This document shows positions 15,144-26,500 of a stretch of 32,000 bases of DNA, one piece after another. The translations under genes and the position numbers were made by a program. The stretch comes from Corynebacterium glutamicum ATCC 13032 (GTDB lineage: Bacteria; Actinomycetota; Actinomycetes; Mycobacteriales; Mycobacteriaceae), in assembly GCF_000011325.1 (NCBI RefSeq), contig NC_003450.3, positions 180,001 to 212,000 of the forward strand, given 5' to 3'. The first letter of the stretch is position 1, and each line of letters opens with the position of its first letter. Below the pieces are notes generated by a model, which made no database searches, was not told the origin of the DNA, and saw only the letters and a program-made list of their open reading frames with translations.

Positions 15144-15239
15144 AAAGTAACCCTTTTGTTACTTGCGTTGCAGGTAGTGTCCCTGATTTTCTTATTATCG
15201 AACGATTGATAGAAACAGGATTAAAGTGAGGTATCCCGC

Positions 15240-18200
15240 ATGAAACCACAAGGACTCTACAACCCTGCGCATGAACATGACGCCTGCGGTGTGGCGTTTA
15301 TTGCGGATATCCACGGTCGACCCAGCCGCAGCATTGTTGATCGTGCACTTGAGGCGCTTCGCAACATTGACCACCGAGGTGCCGCCGGTGCAGAGAAGAA
15401 CACTGGCGATGGTGCGGGCATCCTCATGCAGATTCCGGACGGCTTTTATCGTGAAGTATCTGGCATTGAGCTTCCTGAGGCAGGGGAGTATGCCACTGGT
15501 ATTGCGTTCTTGCCTCGCGGTCGCATGGCGATGATGGATGCTCAGAAGGAAATTGAGCGCATCGCAAAGCAAGAAGGTGCCGATGTGCTTGGTTGGCGCA
15601 TGGTTCCTTTTGATTCTCGTGATTTGGGTTCCATGGCTGAGGAGGCGATGCCTAGTTTCGCGCAGATTTTCCTTACTGTGCCTGGAAAATCTGGTGAAGA
15701 TCTTGACCGTGTGATGTTCTTTATCCGTAAGCGTTGTGAGCGTGAGCTGGGCACCACCAATGGTCGCGATACGGTGTATTTCCCGTCGCTATCTTCACGC
15801 ACCATCATTTACAAAGGCATGTTGACCACTCTGCAGCTTGAGGGCTTCTTTGAGGATCTGGGTGATGCTCGCCTGGAGTCGGCCATTGCTATTGTGCACT
15901 CGCGTTTCTCCACGAACACTTTCCCAAGCTGGCCGCTGGCGCACCCGTACCGTTTCGTTGCCCACAACGGTGAGATCAACACTGTGCGTGGCAATGAAAA
16001 CTGGATGCGCGCCCGCGAGGCGCTTATCAAAAACGACAAGCTGGGCAATTTGAGCAGCGTGCTGCCTATCTGCACCCCGGAGGGCTCGGATACCGCGCGT
16101 TTCGACGAGGCTTTGGAGCTTTTGCACCTGGGCGGATACTCACTTCCGCATGCTGTTGCGATGATGATCCCTCAGGCGTGGGAACACAACAAGACGCTGA
16201 GCCCTGAGCTGCGTGATTTCTACGAATACCACTCTTGTCTGATGGAGCCATGGGATGGTCCTGCAGCGCTGGCATTTACTGACGGTCGTTTTGTGGGTGC
16301 CGTGCTGGACCGTAATGGCCTGCGACCTGGGCGAATCACCATTACTGATTCGGGTTTGGTTGTGATGGCTTCTGAATCGGGAGTGTTGGACTTGAGGGAG
16401 GAGAGCGTCGTAAAGCGTACTCGCGTACAGCCTGGACGCATGTTCCTTGTTGACACTGCCGAGGGCCGCATCGTTGAAGACGAGGAAATCAAGCAGAAAT
16501 TAAGCGAAGCGCAGCCATATGGTGAGTGGATTCGCGATAATTTTGTGCATCTGGATCGTCTGCCTCAGACACGCTACAACTACATGGCGCACTCTCGTGC
16601 TGTGTTGCGTCAGCGTGTTTTCGGAATCACTGAAGAAGATGTGGATTTGTTGCTGCTGCCGATGGCCCGCCAGGGTGCTGAGGCGATTGGTTCCATGGGT
16701 TCGGATACGCCAATTGCGGCGCTATCCCAGCGACCACGCATGCTTTATGATTTCTTCGCGCAGCGCTTTGCTCAGGTGACAAACCCACCGTTGGACTCTA
16801 TCCGCGAAAAGCCTGTGACCAGCATGTTCACTTTGTTGGGTGCGCAGTCTGACGTGCTCAATCCGGGTCCTGATGCGGCGCGACGTATCCGTTTGGAATC
16901 GCCGATCATTGATAACCATGAGCTGGCCACCTTGATCAATGCCAACGCGCATGGTGAGTGGGATTCCTTTGGTGCTGCTGTAATTTCTGGTTTGTACCCA
17001 GTGGCTCACCATGGTGCCGGCATGAAGGCTGCGATTGCTCGTGTGCGCCGCGAGGTTTCTGAAGCAATCCGCAATGGCAAGACGTTGATCGTGCTGTCGG
17101 ATCGTGAATCTGATGAGCGCATGGCACCTATCCCTGCGCTGCTGCTGACTTCCGCTGTGCATCAGTACTTGGTGCAGCAACGTACCCGTACCCAGTGCTC
17201 CCTGGTGGTGGAATCCGGCGATGCCCGCGAGGTTCATCACCTGGCGATGCTCATTGGTTTTGGTGCCGATGCGATCAACCCGTACATGGCATTTGAAACC
17301 ATCGATGAGCTGCGCATGAAGGGTCAGTTGGGTGATCTTTCTTTGGATGAGGCATCCCGAAACTACATCAAGGCAGCCACCACTGGTGTGCTGAAGGTGA
17401 TGTCCAAGATGGGCATTGCAACGGTGTCTTCGTACCGTGGCGCGCAGCTTGCCGATGTCACTGGTCTGCACCAGGATCTCCTGGACAACTACTTCGGTGG
17501 TATTGCTTCACCAATTTCTGGCATCGGTCTGGATGAAGTTGCAGCTGACGTAGAAGCTCGTCACCGCAGCGCATTTTTGCCACGCCCTGAAGAGCACGCT
17601 CACCGTGAATTGGATTTGGGTGGTGAATACAAGTGGCGCCGCGAAGGTGAATACCACCTGTTCAACCCAGAAACCATCTTCAAGCTGCAGCATGCAACGC
17701 GTTCTGGCAGCTACGAGATTTTCAAGGATTACACCCGCAAGGTTGATGATCAATCCACTCGCTTGGGTACTATTCGTGGACTGTTTGAGTTCAGCACGGA
17801 CCGCAAGCCAATTTCGGTGTCTGAGGTGGAGCCGGTCAGTGAGATCGTGAAGCGTTTCTCCACTGGTGCGATGTCTTATGGCTCGATTTCTGCTGAAGCC
17901 CATGAGGTCTTGGCCATCGCCATGAACCGACTGGGCGGTATGTCCAACTCCGGCGAAGGTGGCGAGGACGCCCGCCGATTTGATGTGGAACCCAACGGTG
18001 ACTGGAAGCGCTCTGCCATTAAGCAGGTGGCCTCGGGACGTTTCGGCGTGACCAGCCACTACTTGAACAACTGCACCGATATTCAGATCAAGATGGCACA
18101 GGGCGCAAAGCCCGGTGAAGGTGGCCAGCTGCCACCAAACAAGGTGTACCCATGGGTTGCAGAAGTCCGCATCACCACCCCAGGCGTTGGTCTGATTTCC

Positions 18201-19772
18201 CCTCCACCACACCACGATATTTACTCCATTGAGGATCTGGCTCAGCTGATCCACGACCTGAAGAACGCTAACCCACGCGCACGAATCCACGTGAAGCTAG
18301 TGGCAGAACAAGGCGTGGGCACCGTTGCCGCAGGTGTGTCCAAAGCACACGCTGATGTGGTGCTTATTTCCGGCCACGATGGCGGAACTGGCGCATCTCC
18401 TTTGACCTCCCTGAAGCATGCCGGTGGTCCATGGGAGTTGGGCTTGGCTGAAACCCAGCAAACGTTGCTGCTCAACGGCCTGCGCGATCGTATTCGCGTG
18501 CAGTGCGATGGTCAGCTGAAAACTGGCCGAGACGTGGTTATCGCAGCTCTTCTCGGTGCCGAAGAATTCGGTTTTGCCACCGCACCGCTGGTGGTTGAAG
18601 GCTGCATCATGATGCGCGTCTGCCACCTGGACACCTGCCCGGTGGGTATCGCTACCCAGAACCCGGATTTGCGTTCCAAGTTCACCGGCAAGGCTGAACA
18701 CGTGGTCAACTTCTTCACCTTCATCGCCCAGGAAGTCCGTGAGTACTTGGCACAGCTTGGTTTCCGCTCTATTGATGAAGCCGTCGGACAAGCCCAGGTG
18801 CTGCGCAAGCGTTCCGGAATCCCAGCTGATTCCCGCGCAGCACACCTGGATTTGAGCCCAATTTTCCATCGCCCAGAAACTCCACACTTCCCAACTCAGG
18901 ATGTGCGTTGCACCAAGACCCAGGAACACAGCCTAGAAAAAGCCCTGGACAACGCATTTATTGATAAGGCTTCGGACACGATCACCCGTGCCGCAGCGGG
19001 TGTGGAAACCAGCATTGTTATTGATAGCTCCATCAGCAACGTCAACCGTTCAGTTGGCACGATGCTGGGTTCTGCAGTCAGCCGCGTGGCTGGTGCCCAA
19101 GGTTTGCCAGACGGCACCATCACCTTGAATCTTCAAGGCTGCGCCGGTAACTCCTTTGGCGCGTTCATCCCACGAGGCATCACCATCAACCTCACCGGCG
19201 ATGCCAATGACTTTGTGGGCAAGGGATTATCTGGCGGAAAGATTGTGATCAAGCCTTCCGCTCAGGCTCCGAAGCAGCTGAAGAACAATCCAAATATCAT
19301 TGCCGGAAACGTGCTTGGATACGGCGCAACCAGTGGTGAATTGTTCATTCGTGGCCAGGTCGGCGAACGTTTCTGCGTCCGTAACTCTGGCGCCACCGCA
19401 GTGGTTGAAGGTATCGGAAACCACGGTTGTGAGTACATGACTGGCGGCCGAGTCCTGGTTTTGGGCCCGGTTGGTGAGAACTTTGGTGCCGGCATGTCTG
19501 GTGGCATTGCATACCTGGCTAATTCCCCGGACCTAAACCAGAAGATCAATGGCGAATTGGTGGATGTTGTTCCACTGAGCGCTGACGATCTGACGTGGGC
19601 TGATGAGCTCATTGCTCGCCACCGCGAACTCACCGGATCCGAGACCAAGCTGCGTGCACAAGATTTGGTGAAAATCATGCCGCGCGATTTCCAAAAAGTA
19701 CTCAACATCATCGAAACGGCCCACGCTGAGGGCCAAGACCCAGCAATCAAGATCATGGAGGCAGTGAGCTAA
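15240..19772 (+). CDS. gltB: Glutamate synthase (NADPH) large subunit (1510 aa)
   Basis: Ntn amidotransferase start ...[11 protein letters not shown]/synthase domain with [16 protein letters not shown]-terminal GXGXG beta-helix domain is present. The length and order of all four domains are canonical. Confidence 0.97.
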   Translation: MKPQGLYNPAHEHDACGVAFIADIHGRPSRSIVDRALEALRNIDHRGAAGAEKNTGDGAGILMQIPDGFYREVSGIELPEAGEYATGIAFLPRGRMAMMDAQKEIERIAKQEGADVLGWRMVPFDSRDLGSMAEEAMPSFAQIFLTVPGKSGEDLDRVMFFIRKRCERELGTTNGRDTVYFPSLSSRTIIYKGMLTTLQLEGFFEDLGDARLESAIAIVHSRFSTNTFPSWPLAHPYRFVAHNGEINTVRGNENWMRAREALIKNDKLGNLSSVLPICTPEGSDTARFDEALELLHLGGYSLPHAVAMMIPQAWEHNKTLSPELRDFYEYHSCLMEPWDGPAALAFTDGRFVGAVLDRNGLRPGRITITDSGLVVMASESGVLDLREESVVKRTRVQPGRMFLVDTAEGRIVEDEEIKQKLSEAQPYGEWIRDNFVHLDRLPQTRYNYMAHSRAVLRQRVFGITEEDVDLLLLPMARQGAEAIGSMGSDTPIAALSQRPRMLYDFFAQRFAQVTNPPLDSIREKPVTSMFTLLGAQSDVLNPGPDAARRIRLESPIIDNHELATLINANAHGEWDSFGAAVISGLYPVAHHGAGMKAAIARVRREVSEAIRNGKTLIVLSDRESDERMAPIPALLLTSAVHQYLVQQRTRTQCSLVVESGDAREVHHLAMLIGFGADAINPYMAFETIDELRMKGQLGDLSLDEASRNYIKAATTGVLKVMSKMGIATVSSYRGAQLADVTGLHQDLLDNYFGGIASPISGIGLDEVAADVEARHRSAFLPRPEEHAHRELDLGGEYKWRREGEYHLFNPETIFKLQHATRSGSYEIFKDYTRKVDDQSTRLGTIRGLFEFSTDRKPISVSEVEPVSEIVKRFSTGAMSYGSISAEAHEVLAIAMNRLGGMSNSGEGGEDARRFDVEPNGDWKRSAIKQVASGRFGVTSHYLNNCTDIQIKMAQGAKPGEGGQLPPNKVYPWVAEVRITTPGVGLISPPPHHDIYSIEDLAQLIHDLKNANPRARIHVKLVAEQGVGTVAAGVSKAHADVVLISGHDGGTGASPLTSLKHAGGPWELGLAETQQTLLLNGLRDRIRVQCDGQLKTGRDVVIAALLGAEEFGFATAPLVVEGCIMMRVCHLDTCPVGIATQNPDLRSKFTGKAEHVVNFFTFIAQEVREYLAQLGFRSIDEAVGQAQVLRKRSGIPADSRAAHLDLSPIFHRPETPHFPTQDVRCTKTQEHSLEKALDNAFIDKASDTITRAAAGVETSIVIDSSISNVNRSVGTMLGSAVSRVAGAQGLPDGTITLNLQGCAGNSFGAFIPRGITINLTGDANDFVGKGLSGGKIVIKPSAQAPKQLKNNPNIIAGNVLGYGATSGELFIRGQVGERFCVRNSGATAVVEGIGNHGCEYMTGGRVLVLGPVGENFGAGMSGGIAYLANSPDLNQKINGELVDVVPLSADDLTWADELIARHRELTGSETKLRAQDLVKIMPRDFQKVLNIIETAHAEGQDPAIKIMEAVS

Positions 19773-21292
19773 TGGCCGACCCACAAGGATTCATCAAATA
19801 CTCCCGACGCGAGCCTGCACACCGCCCGGTCCCGCTGCGCCTCATGGACCACTCCGAGGTCTACGAAAAGGCACCGGCAGGTCAGATCGAGGAACAGGCT
19901 GCCCGCTGCATGGATTGCGGTGTCCCGTTCTGCCACGAAGGCTGCCCACTGGGCAACATCATCCCTGAGTGGAATGATCTGGTACGCCAAGGTCGGTGGA
20001 AGGAAGCCTACGATCGCTTGCACGCGACCAACAATTTCCCCGAGTTCACCGGCCGTTTGTGCCCCGCACCCTGCGAAGGCGCCTGCGTGCTCGGTATCAA
20101 CGATGATTCTGTCACCATCAAAAACGTTGAGCTGGAAATCGTCGAAAAAGCATTCCGCGAAGGCTGGGTGCAACCAGTAATCCCATCCATGTCTACCGGG
20201 CTGTCAGTCGCCGTCGTCGGTTCCGGCCCCGCTGGCCTTGCCGCCGCGCAGCAGCTCACCCGCGCAGGCCACAGCGTTACCGTCTTTGAACGCGACGACC
20301 GCCTCGGCGGCCTCATGCGCTACGGCGTGCCAGAATACAAAATGGAGAACCGCTGGATCGACCGCCGCATCGAGCAAATGGAAGCAGAGGGCACAACTTT
20401 CCAGGTAGGCACCTCGCCGCGCGCCGCTGAACTAGCGCTTTTCGACGCGATCCTCCTCGCAACCGGCACCCCAGTGGCCCGCGAACTCTCAGTTCCAGGC
20501 CACGATCTCAACGGCATCCATGCGGCAATGGATTACCTCACCGCCCAAAACCGCATCAACGAAGGCGACGGTGAAGTCTCTCCAATCAACGCCAAAGGCA
20601 AGAAAGTTGTCATCATCGGTGGCGGCGACACCGGCACCGACTGCTTCGGCACCGCACTGCGCCAAGGAGCAGAATCAGTCACCCAATTTGATATCCGCCC
20701 CCGCGCTCCTTTCCAGCGCGCCGATTCCACCCCATGGCCGATGTACCCCAACCTCTTCCGCACCGCAACGGCTCACGAAGAAGGCGAATACATCATCACT
20801 GGCGATGAATCAGCCGATGAAATCGCAGCCCTGGGCCTCGCCGAACGTGCCGCAGGCTCCACGCTTGGTGAACGTAAATTTGCTGTCAACACCGTGGAAT
20901 TCCACGGCAACAACGGCCACGTCACCGGACTCACCGGCAACCAAATCCGAGTTGTCAACGGCAAACGTGAACCAATCGAAGGCACCGAATTCCCCTTCGA
21001 AGCAGACCTCGTTCTTGTTGCACTTGGCTTCACCGGCGCAGAACAAGGCGGATTGGCACACGAACTAGGCGTAGGTTTCGACGACCGGGGCCGCATCCTC
21101 CGCGATTCCGAATACCGCAGCCCCACCAACTCCCGCGTTTACATCGCAGGCGACAACGGCCGTGGCCAGTCCCTGATCGTGTGGGCAATCGCCGAAGGCC
21201 GCGCATGCGCCGCAGCTATCGACGCCGATCTCATGGGTGAAACTGCACTCCCTGTAGCAGTTGCACCACAGGACGTGCCGCTGGCTGTCTAG
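19772..21292 (+). CDS. gltD: Glutamate synthase (NADPH) small subunit (506 aa)
   Basis: The ATG overlaps the gltB stop (TAATG at 19770-19774). Fe-S cysteine clusters CMDCGVPFC...CPLGN and CPAPCEGAC are present. The dinucleotide fold is VAVVGSGPAGLAAA. Confidence 0.97.
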   Translation: MADPQGFIKYSRREPAHRPVPLRLMDHSEVYEKAPAGQIEEQAARCMDCGVPFCHEGCPLGNIIPEWNDLVRQGRWKEAYDRLHATNNFPEFTGRLCPAPCEGACVLGINDDSVTIKNVELEIVEKAFREGWVQPVIPSMSTGLSVAVVGSGPAGLAAAQQLTRAGHSVTVFERDDRLGGLMRYGVPEYKMENRWIDRRIEQMEAEGTTFQVGTSPRAAELALFDAILLATGTPVARELSVPGHDLNGIHAAMDYLTAQNRINEGDGEVSPINAKGKKVVIIGGGDTGTDCFGTALRQGAESVTQFDIRPRAPFQRADSTPWPMYPNLFRTATAHEEGEYIITGDESADEIAALGLAERAAGSTLGERKFAVNTVEFHGNNGHVTGLTGNQIRVVNGKREPIEGTEFPFEADLVLVALGFTGAEQGGLAHELGVGFDDRGRILRDSEYRSPTNSRVYIAGDNGRGQSLIVWAIAEGRACAAAIDADLMGETALPVAVAPQDVPLAV

Positions 21293-21306
21293 CTTGGGTA
21301 GAAAAT

Positions 21307-21347
21307 GCTAGAAACCACCATCAGTAATTGGTGGTTTCTAGCGTTTT
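21307..21347. terminator. Bidirectional rho-independent terminator between gltD and the convergent membrane-protein gene
   Basis: A perfect 14-bp stem GCTAGAAACCACCA (21307-21320) / TGGTGGTTTCTAGC (21329-21342) with an 8-nt loop. GTTTT follows on the plus strand and ATTTTC on the minus strand. Confidence 0.8.
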
Positions 21348-21730
21348 ACGGGATGCATCATCGCATAGACAGCACTGGCTAGTCCTAGCAGGGCAAATAC
21401 TAGATAAACAGCAGCTGATGCCAGCGCAAAAAGAACAGAACTCGACCACACCACAAGTTGAATTGCCGCTGCTCCAAAGAGAATCACGACTGCAAAACCA
21501 ACAACTGGGGACGTGGTGATTAACCACAAAGGTCGTCGGGCTCTGGTTTCTTCAGAAGATCGGAAGAACCTGGTCAGCACATAAATTGAAATCGTTCCAA
21601 GGATTGCTCCCAGTGCTTAAACCTCTCGAATGCTGTCTGGGAACACGGAAGCGGCGGCAAAAGCCCCGAGGAATAAAACGATGAATACCGCCAGGAGAGA
21701 ACCGATCTTTGTGGTGGCGTTGTACATCAT
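21338..21730 (-). pseudogene. Small (about 130 codon) 4-TM membrane-protein gene split by an in-frame TAA (21617-21619)
   Basis: ATG 21730 with AAGGAAAG upstream gives 37 aa (MMYNATTKIGSLLAVFIVLFLGAFAAASVFPDSIREV) and then TAA. The same frame continues as ALGAILGTISIY + VLTRFF..., the 80-aa ORF 21338-21580. The hydrophobic helix spans the supposed non-coding gap. Confidence 0.5.
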
Positions 21731-21756
21731 TCCGGGTATTATCTTTCCTTGCCGTT

Positions 21757-23244
21757 TTACGAACCAATAGCCCATGTGTGGACAGGTTGGCCGCTTTCTT
21801 GATTCTGTAAATACTGTTGCAACATTGCTGCAAGACCTGCTTTTCGAGCATCGGAACCCGGCATGCTTCCGTGTGCTTCCAGCTTGTTGAGGCTACGCAA
21901 CTGCCAGGTGGCACCGTTTTGGCGGGACTTCGCGCGTTCGGTGATGATGCCCAGGTATTGGTCGATAAGGTCTTTGTTTACTTCGAGTCGTTCCAGTCCG
22001 ATTCTGGCTTGAGGGATGAGGTGCTCTTGGACCAGATTCGCAACGTTGACTTGTCCGAGGGTTGGCCAGGTCATGCGGGCGAACAGCCCTGAACGTGCAC
22101 CGGATTGGAAGTTCTTTTCCGCATCAGGGAATAGGAGACGTGACCAGACAGGGCGGTTTTCCTCGGCCAGATATTTAACCAAACCGTAGTAGAAAGCGGC
22201 ATCGGCGGTGATGTCGATGGGGGTGGGACCTGCAGGTAGGAGACGGTTTTCCAAACGCAGATGAGAGCGCTCTTCCCCCGGTGCGTAAATGGGTCGGTTC
22301 CAGCGCCACACCGTTCCGTTGTGGAGATTGAGGTAGTGGAGTGCGGGGGATTTTCCCTTCATCATTGGTGTGCCAGACAGGGCGCGGGATTCTGCGATGA
22401 GAGGGGAGAAGTAGCGTACGTTTTCTTCGAAAAGATCAAAAACACTGGTGATCCATCGTTCGCCGAACCATACTCTGGGGCGGACTCCTTGATTCACAAG
22501 TTCAGGAGTACGCGTATCGATAGCTTGTTGAAACACTGGAATGCGGCTTTCATGCCACACCCGACGGCCTAGGAAAAGTGGGGAGTTGGCGGAAAGAGCT
22601 GCTTGAACACCAGCTATTGCTTGCGACGCATTCCACGCTGCAGCAAACTTATTGGGTGCTAATTGCAGGTGCAACTGAATAGACGTGCAAGTTGATTCGG
22701 GGGCGAGATCAGTGAAATCGTGGATGATTTGTTCACGGTCGGCGATGTTGATGTGCACTAACTCGCCACGCGATTCCATCACCGCATTGCTCAGCGCACG
22801 GTAGCGGTTTTCTTGGGTCATCCATGCCGGATCTTCGAGGAATTCTGGGGTGATGGTGGGCAGCGTGCCGATCATCGCCACGTTCACGTTCTCCGATGTG
22901 GCGGCCGCGCGCACGCGACCTAGACGCGAGGTGATGCCTTGCTCGAGGCGTCGTAAAGCATCGCCTTTAACGGATAGTGGCGGGTGGTTCATTTCAACAT
23001 TAAAGTTACCGATCTCCGACTGGTACTCATCGTCTAAATGGGAAAGCACCGCGTGGCCTGCCAAAGCAGGTTGCATATGCTTATCCACGAGGTTGAGTTC
23101 CAACTCGAGGCCGATGGAACCCTGATCCTCAAAATCGGAATGCTGCAAATGCCGATCAAAAATCTCAAGATCTTCCATGAGCAGCTGGCGATAACGCGTG
23201 CGCTGCTGCGGAGTGTACCTGTCAGTACTTACTGATTCGCCCAT
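21757..23244 (-). CDS. GCS2-family carboxylate-amine ligase (glutamate-cysteine-ligase-like, 495 aa)
   Basis: Family-like blocks are IGLELELNLVD, NVEMNHPP, CTSIQLHLQ and ALSANSPLFLGR. Assignment is by motif pattern only. Confidence 0.6.
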   Translation of the reverse strand: MGESVSTDRYTPQQRTRYRQLLMEDLEIFDRHLQHSDFEDQGSIGLELELNLVDKHMQPALAGHAVLSHLDDEYQSEIGNFNVEMNHPPLSVKGDALRRLEQGITSRLGRVRAAATSENVNVAMIGTLPTITPEFLEDPAWMTQENRYRALSNAVMESRGELVHINIADREQIIHDFTDLAPESTCTSIQLHLQLAPNKFAAAWNASQAIAGVQAALSANSPLFLGRRVWHESRIPVFQQAIDTRTPELVNQGVRPRVWFGERWITSVFDLFEENVRYFSPLIAESRALSGTPMMKGKSPALHYLNLHNGTVWRWNRPIYAPGEERSHLRLENRLLPAGPTPIDITADAAFYYGLVKYLAEENRPVWSRLLFPDAEKNFQSGARSGLFARMTWPTLGQVNVANLVQEHLIPQARIGLERLEVNKDLIDQYLGIITERAKSRQNGATWQLRSLNKLEAHGSMPGSDARKAGLAAMLQQYLQNQESGQPVHTWAIGS

Positions 23245-23473
23245 AACTTAGAGCAAACCACAAAAAATGGTGCTGGGTAAGGATACTAATCAGGAAATTT
23301 CCGCGCGATAAACCCGGGCGACTAATTGAGTGCGCGATCTGACTTTGAAAATATCCAACAACTGGGACACCGTCTTCTTCACTATCGCCATCATTTTGCA
23401 AAAATCTTGGTGTCGTGCTCGCTGGCAGGGGTTAAACACCAATGGATGTTTCCCAACAGACCCCCTAAACCAC

Positions 23474-23507
23474 AAAAATGCGGCCACTCTTCAAAGGAGT
23501 GACCGCA
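23474..23507 (-). terminator. Rho-independent terminator of emb
   Basis: On the minus strand: UGCGGUCACUC - loop CUUUGAA - GAGUGGCCGCA (11 bp including one G-U), followed by UUUUUG. It lies 31 nt past the emb stop. Confidence 0.75.
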
Positions 23508-23537
23508 TCTACTTAAAAACTTCCAGTACTGAAGGTC

Positions 23538-26500
23538 TTATTCATCTACCTTCATATGCCCTGGATTCCAGAGTCCGGAACGTTGGATGGTTTCAAGGTT
23601 GATGTCTGCAACCTTAGGTGCATCGCCGTTGGAGTTGGTGCGCAGCGAGTAGCGTTCGATGGAACCCCAGTCGCGGCCCCAGTCGTTGCGGAGGTAGGAC
23701 GGGATTTCGTAGGCGTTGTTTACTGCTTCGGCCGTGCCCATGGATCCGCCGCCTGCCCAGTCTTGGAATGGGGAGAGGGTGGATTTTCCGCCGTGGTCTG
23801 GGGAGATTCGGTATTCAGGAATCTCGGTGACTCCGGCGTAGTGGTCGAAGGTGCGTTGGCATGGGAATTGCAGGCCAACTGCCCAGTCGAGGAGTCCTGG
23901 GGTTTCGGATCCGATGACGTTGTTCAGAGAATCTAGGTTAGGTACGCGTGGTGGCGTCAGTGCTACCCATTGGTCTTCGTCGAGGTTGACGTCGGTGGCG
24001 ACGATGCGCACGACGTCCGCTTCTTCTGGGAGTTGGTCAAGTGGGTAGCGGAGGTTGCGCCAGGATGGCTCGGGGCCGATGTCGTACATCATGGCTTCGC
24101 CGAGGTCTTCAACGTCGCCGTTATCGCGAAGGCGACCGTATTCGAGCATGACGGATTGTCCGGATTGGCGGACGCCGTTGATGTCGTAGTGTTCGATGCG
24201 ACCTGCTGCAGATACCACGATGATGGGTGCTTCTTCGGTGGCTTCTGGGATTTCGTACCAGTCGGTGGTGATGTTTGCTGGGTTTTGGGTGCCAGCGGAC
24301 CAGGAGCCGACGACTGGAACTTGGGTGTAGTCCAGGTTGAATGGCAGGCGGGCGTTGGAGCCGTTGATGCCTTCGGAGCCTCGGACACCGCCGGTGTTGC
24401 CGGTGGATTGTCCGGATGATTCGTCGGATCCGCCGGTTTCGGTGGAGTCGTCAGTGTTGGCAATGGCACCAACAGCAGACAGGTCTGCTTGGTCCTGGCT
24501 GATTGATGGTGGGATGCCGGCAGCACTAAAGCCGCGAATATCTTCGGATTCCAGGGACTCGCCAAGTGTGGAGTTCACTGGAGTGAGGAAGGAATCGTTG
24601 GAGTTGGTTTCCAGCATGGCGTCGGAGGCAAGGCCACATGTGTTGCCGGTCAGGGAGCGGAGGTTGCCAAGACCCACGGAGTACGCGGGGTATTGGTCCA
24701 CAAAGCCTTTGCCCATGGATGCGCAGGTAATCAGCACAACGAGGGCGGACACTCCTGCGATAGGGGAGGCCGCAAGGCCGGTGAACCTGGAGGCACGCTC
24801 GCGCTTTGCTTCATCTTCCGCCACGAGTTCGCCCATGGAGTGATTGGTTTCGGCTTGCGCGGTTTTCACATCGTGGACAAAGGATTGAATAACACCGATG
24901 ATCAGCACGATCACGGCGATCACGAGCACTACGGTGGATGCTTCGATGCCCTTGATCTGGATGGTTTTATCCCACCATGGCACGGCGTAGCTGGAGGTGT
25001 ACCAGAATCCGTTCACGCCTGCGAGAGCCAGCGCCAGCAGGAAGAGGAACGCACCGATGGAAATGGTGCGCATGCGTGGTGATTTCACCGCAACATAGGA
25101 CAGCCCCACGGCAGCAAGTCCGGCCAATGCGCCGGCAAGTCCTGCGTAGACACCGAAGTGGTGAGTCCACTTGGTTGGGGTGAACATCATGAAGAACATG
25201 GTGCCGAAAATGACCATCATCAAACGCAGTGATGGTCCCTTCGCAGCGCCTGGAATGCGGCCGTAACGCAGGATCGCGATGACCACAATAGCCAGACACG
25301 CCATGAGCATCAGCACAGCAAAACGGCGGGTGAAGGAACCATCAACGGTTTGTTCCATGACGGTTTGGTAGCGCACATATTCGTGGTACCAGGTCAGTGC
25401 CGGGCCCTTCGCGGAGCGCACGCTGATGGATTCCATGACGGTTGACAGAGTCTGATCGCCAAAAACGGCGATGAGAATCGCGGTGCCAGACGCAAGGAAT
25501 GGGGCAAGCATAGCCATCGAAGCGCCAAAGACTTTGCTTTTCGACGCCCCCCTCGACGCCCCAATAAGCGGCAAGCGCCTATAAAGAATGCGAATCAACG
25601 CGGACAAACTGACCAGCAACGCAGCAACTGCCATTAGACCGGTGGGGCCTGATGCCAGGGAAATGGTGGCGATAATGACACCAATGGCAGCGGGCAACAA
25701 CCTGGAGGTAGCGATAGCGCGCTCGAAGGAAACCCACGCAAGTAGAGCTCCCATCGCGATGATTGGCTCTGGGCGAGTGCCGTTGTTGTATGGAAGCCAG
25801 AACGCCAGGAACACCATGGCTGCAGACCAGTGCGCAACGCGGCGACCGTTAACCAATGAGCCAAACCGTGGCATGACCTCTCTGGTGATCACGAACCACA
25901 TGATCAGTCCAGCGAGCAATGCGGGTAGACGAAGCCAGATTGATGAGGTTGAGATGTAGGCCATCAGAGCCAGCAAGTCGTAATATGGTGCGCCGAATGG
26001 TGATTCTGGGACACCGAACCAGCGGTAGTAGTTGGCCATATAATCCGCGTTCTGGGACACGCGGGCCATGGTCATGATGAAGCCGTCGTCAGAGGTGTTG
26101 GCGCCAAGGAAGTGCCAGAACACCAAAATCGCTACGACAACACCATCAAGTGGCTTCAGCTTGTACCAGTTGGCAGGCAGGAAGCGGTGTGCTTTTCGAC
26201 CATCCAAAATATCCATGCGGTGCAGTGTCCACAGGGAGACCAACACAGACGCAAGGCCAATGAAGATGGCTGCGTACTTTAGAAGGCTGGGGGATGAAGT
26301 GAAGCGGGAGTTGATCTCAATATCAACGTTTAAGCCCGCTGAGGCCAGGGCCGATGCGGTGGAGGGGTCGTCGACAAGCTCGGTGTAAACGCCGGTGACC
26401 TGAGGCCGCTCATCGCCTTCGGTCTCGCCGCTGAATGCCGTGCCGGTGATTTCCGCGCTGGTGGTTTCCTCGGTGGAGGAAATCTCTAGGATCGCATCAT

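Noticed and set aside
16722-18929. Three long minus-strand ORFs (249, 260 and 210 aa) lie inside gltB.
   Set aside because: They are antisense to an unambiguous, fully conserved gltB frame. Their composition is low-complexity and Arg/His/Gln/Gly-rich, typical of spurious antisense ORFs in GC-rich coding DNA.
23392-23404. ATTTTGCAAAAAT near the emb terminator resembles the IS target half-site ATTTTTGCA.
   Set aside because: It is only a 9-nt match, which is expected by chance at about 0.2-0.3 per 32-kb window on both strands. There is no flanking similarity.
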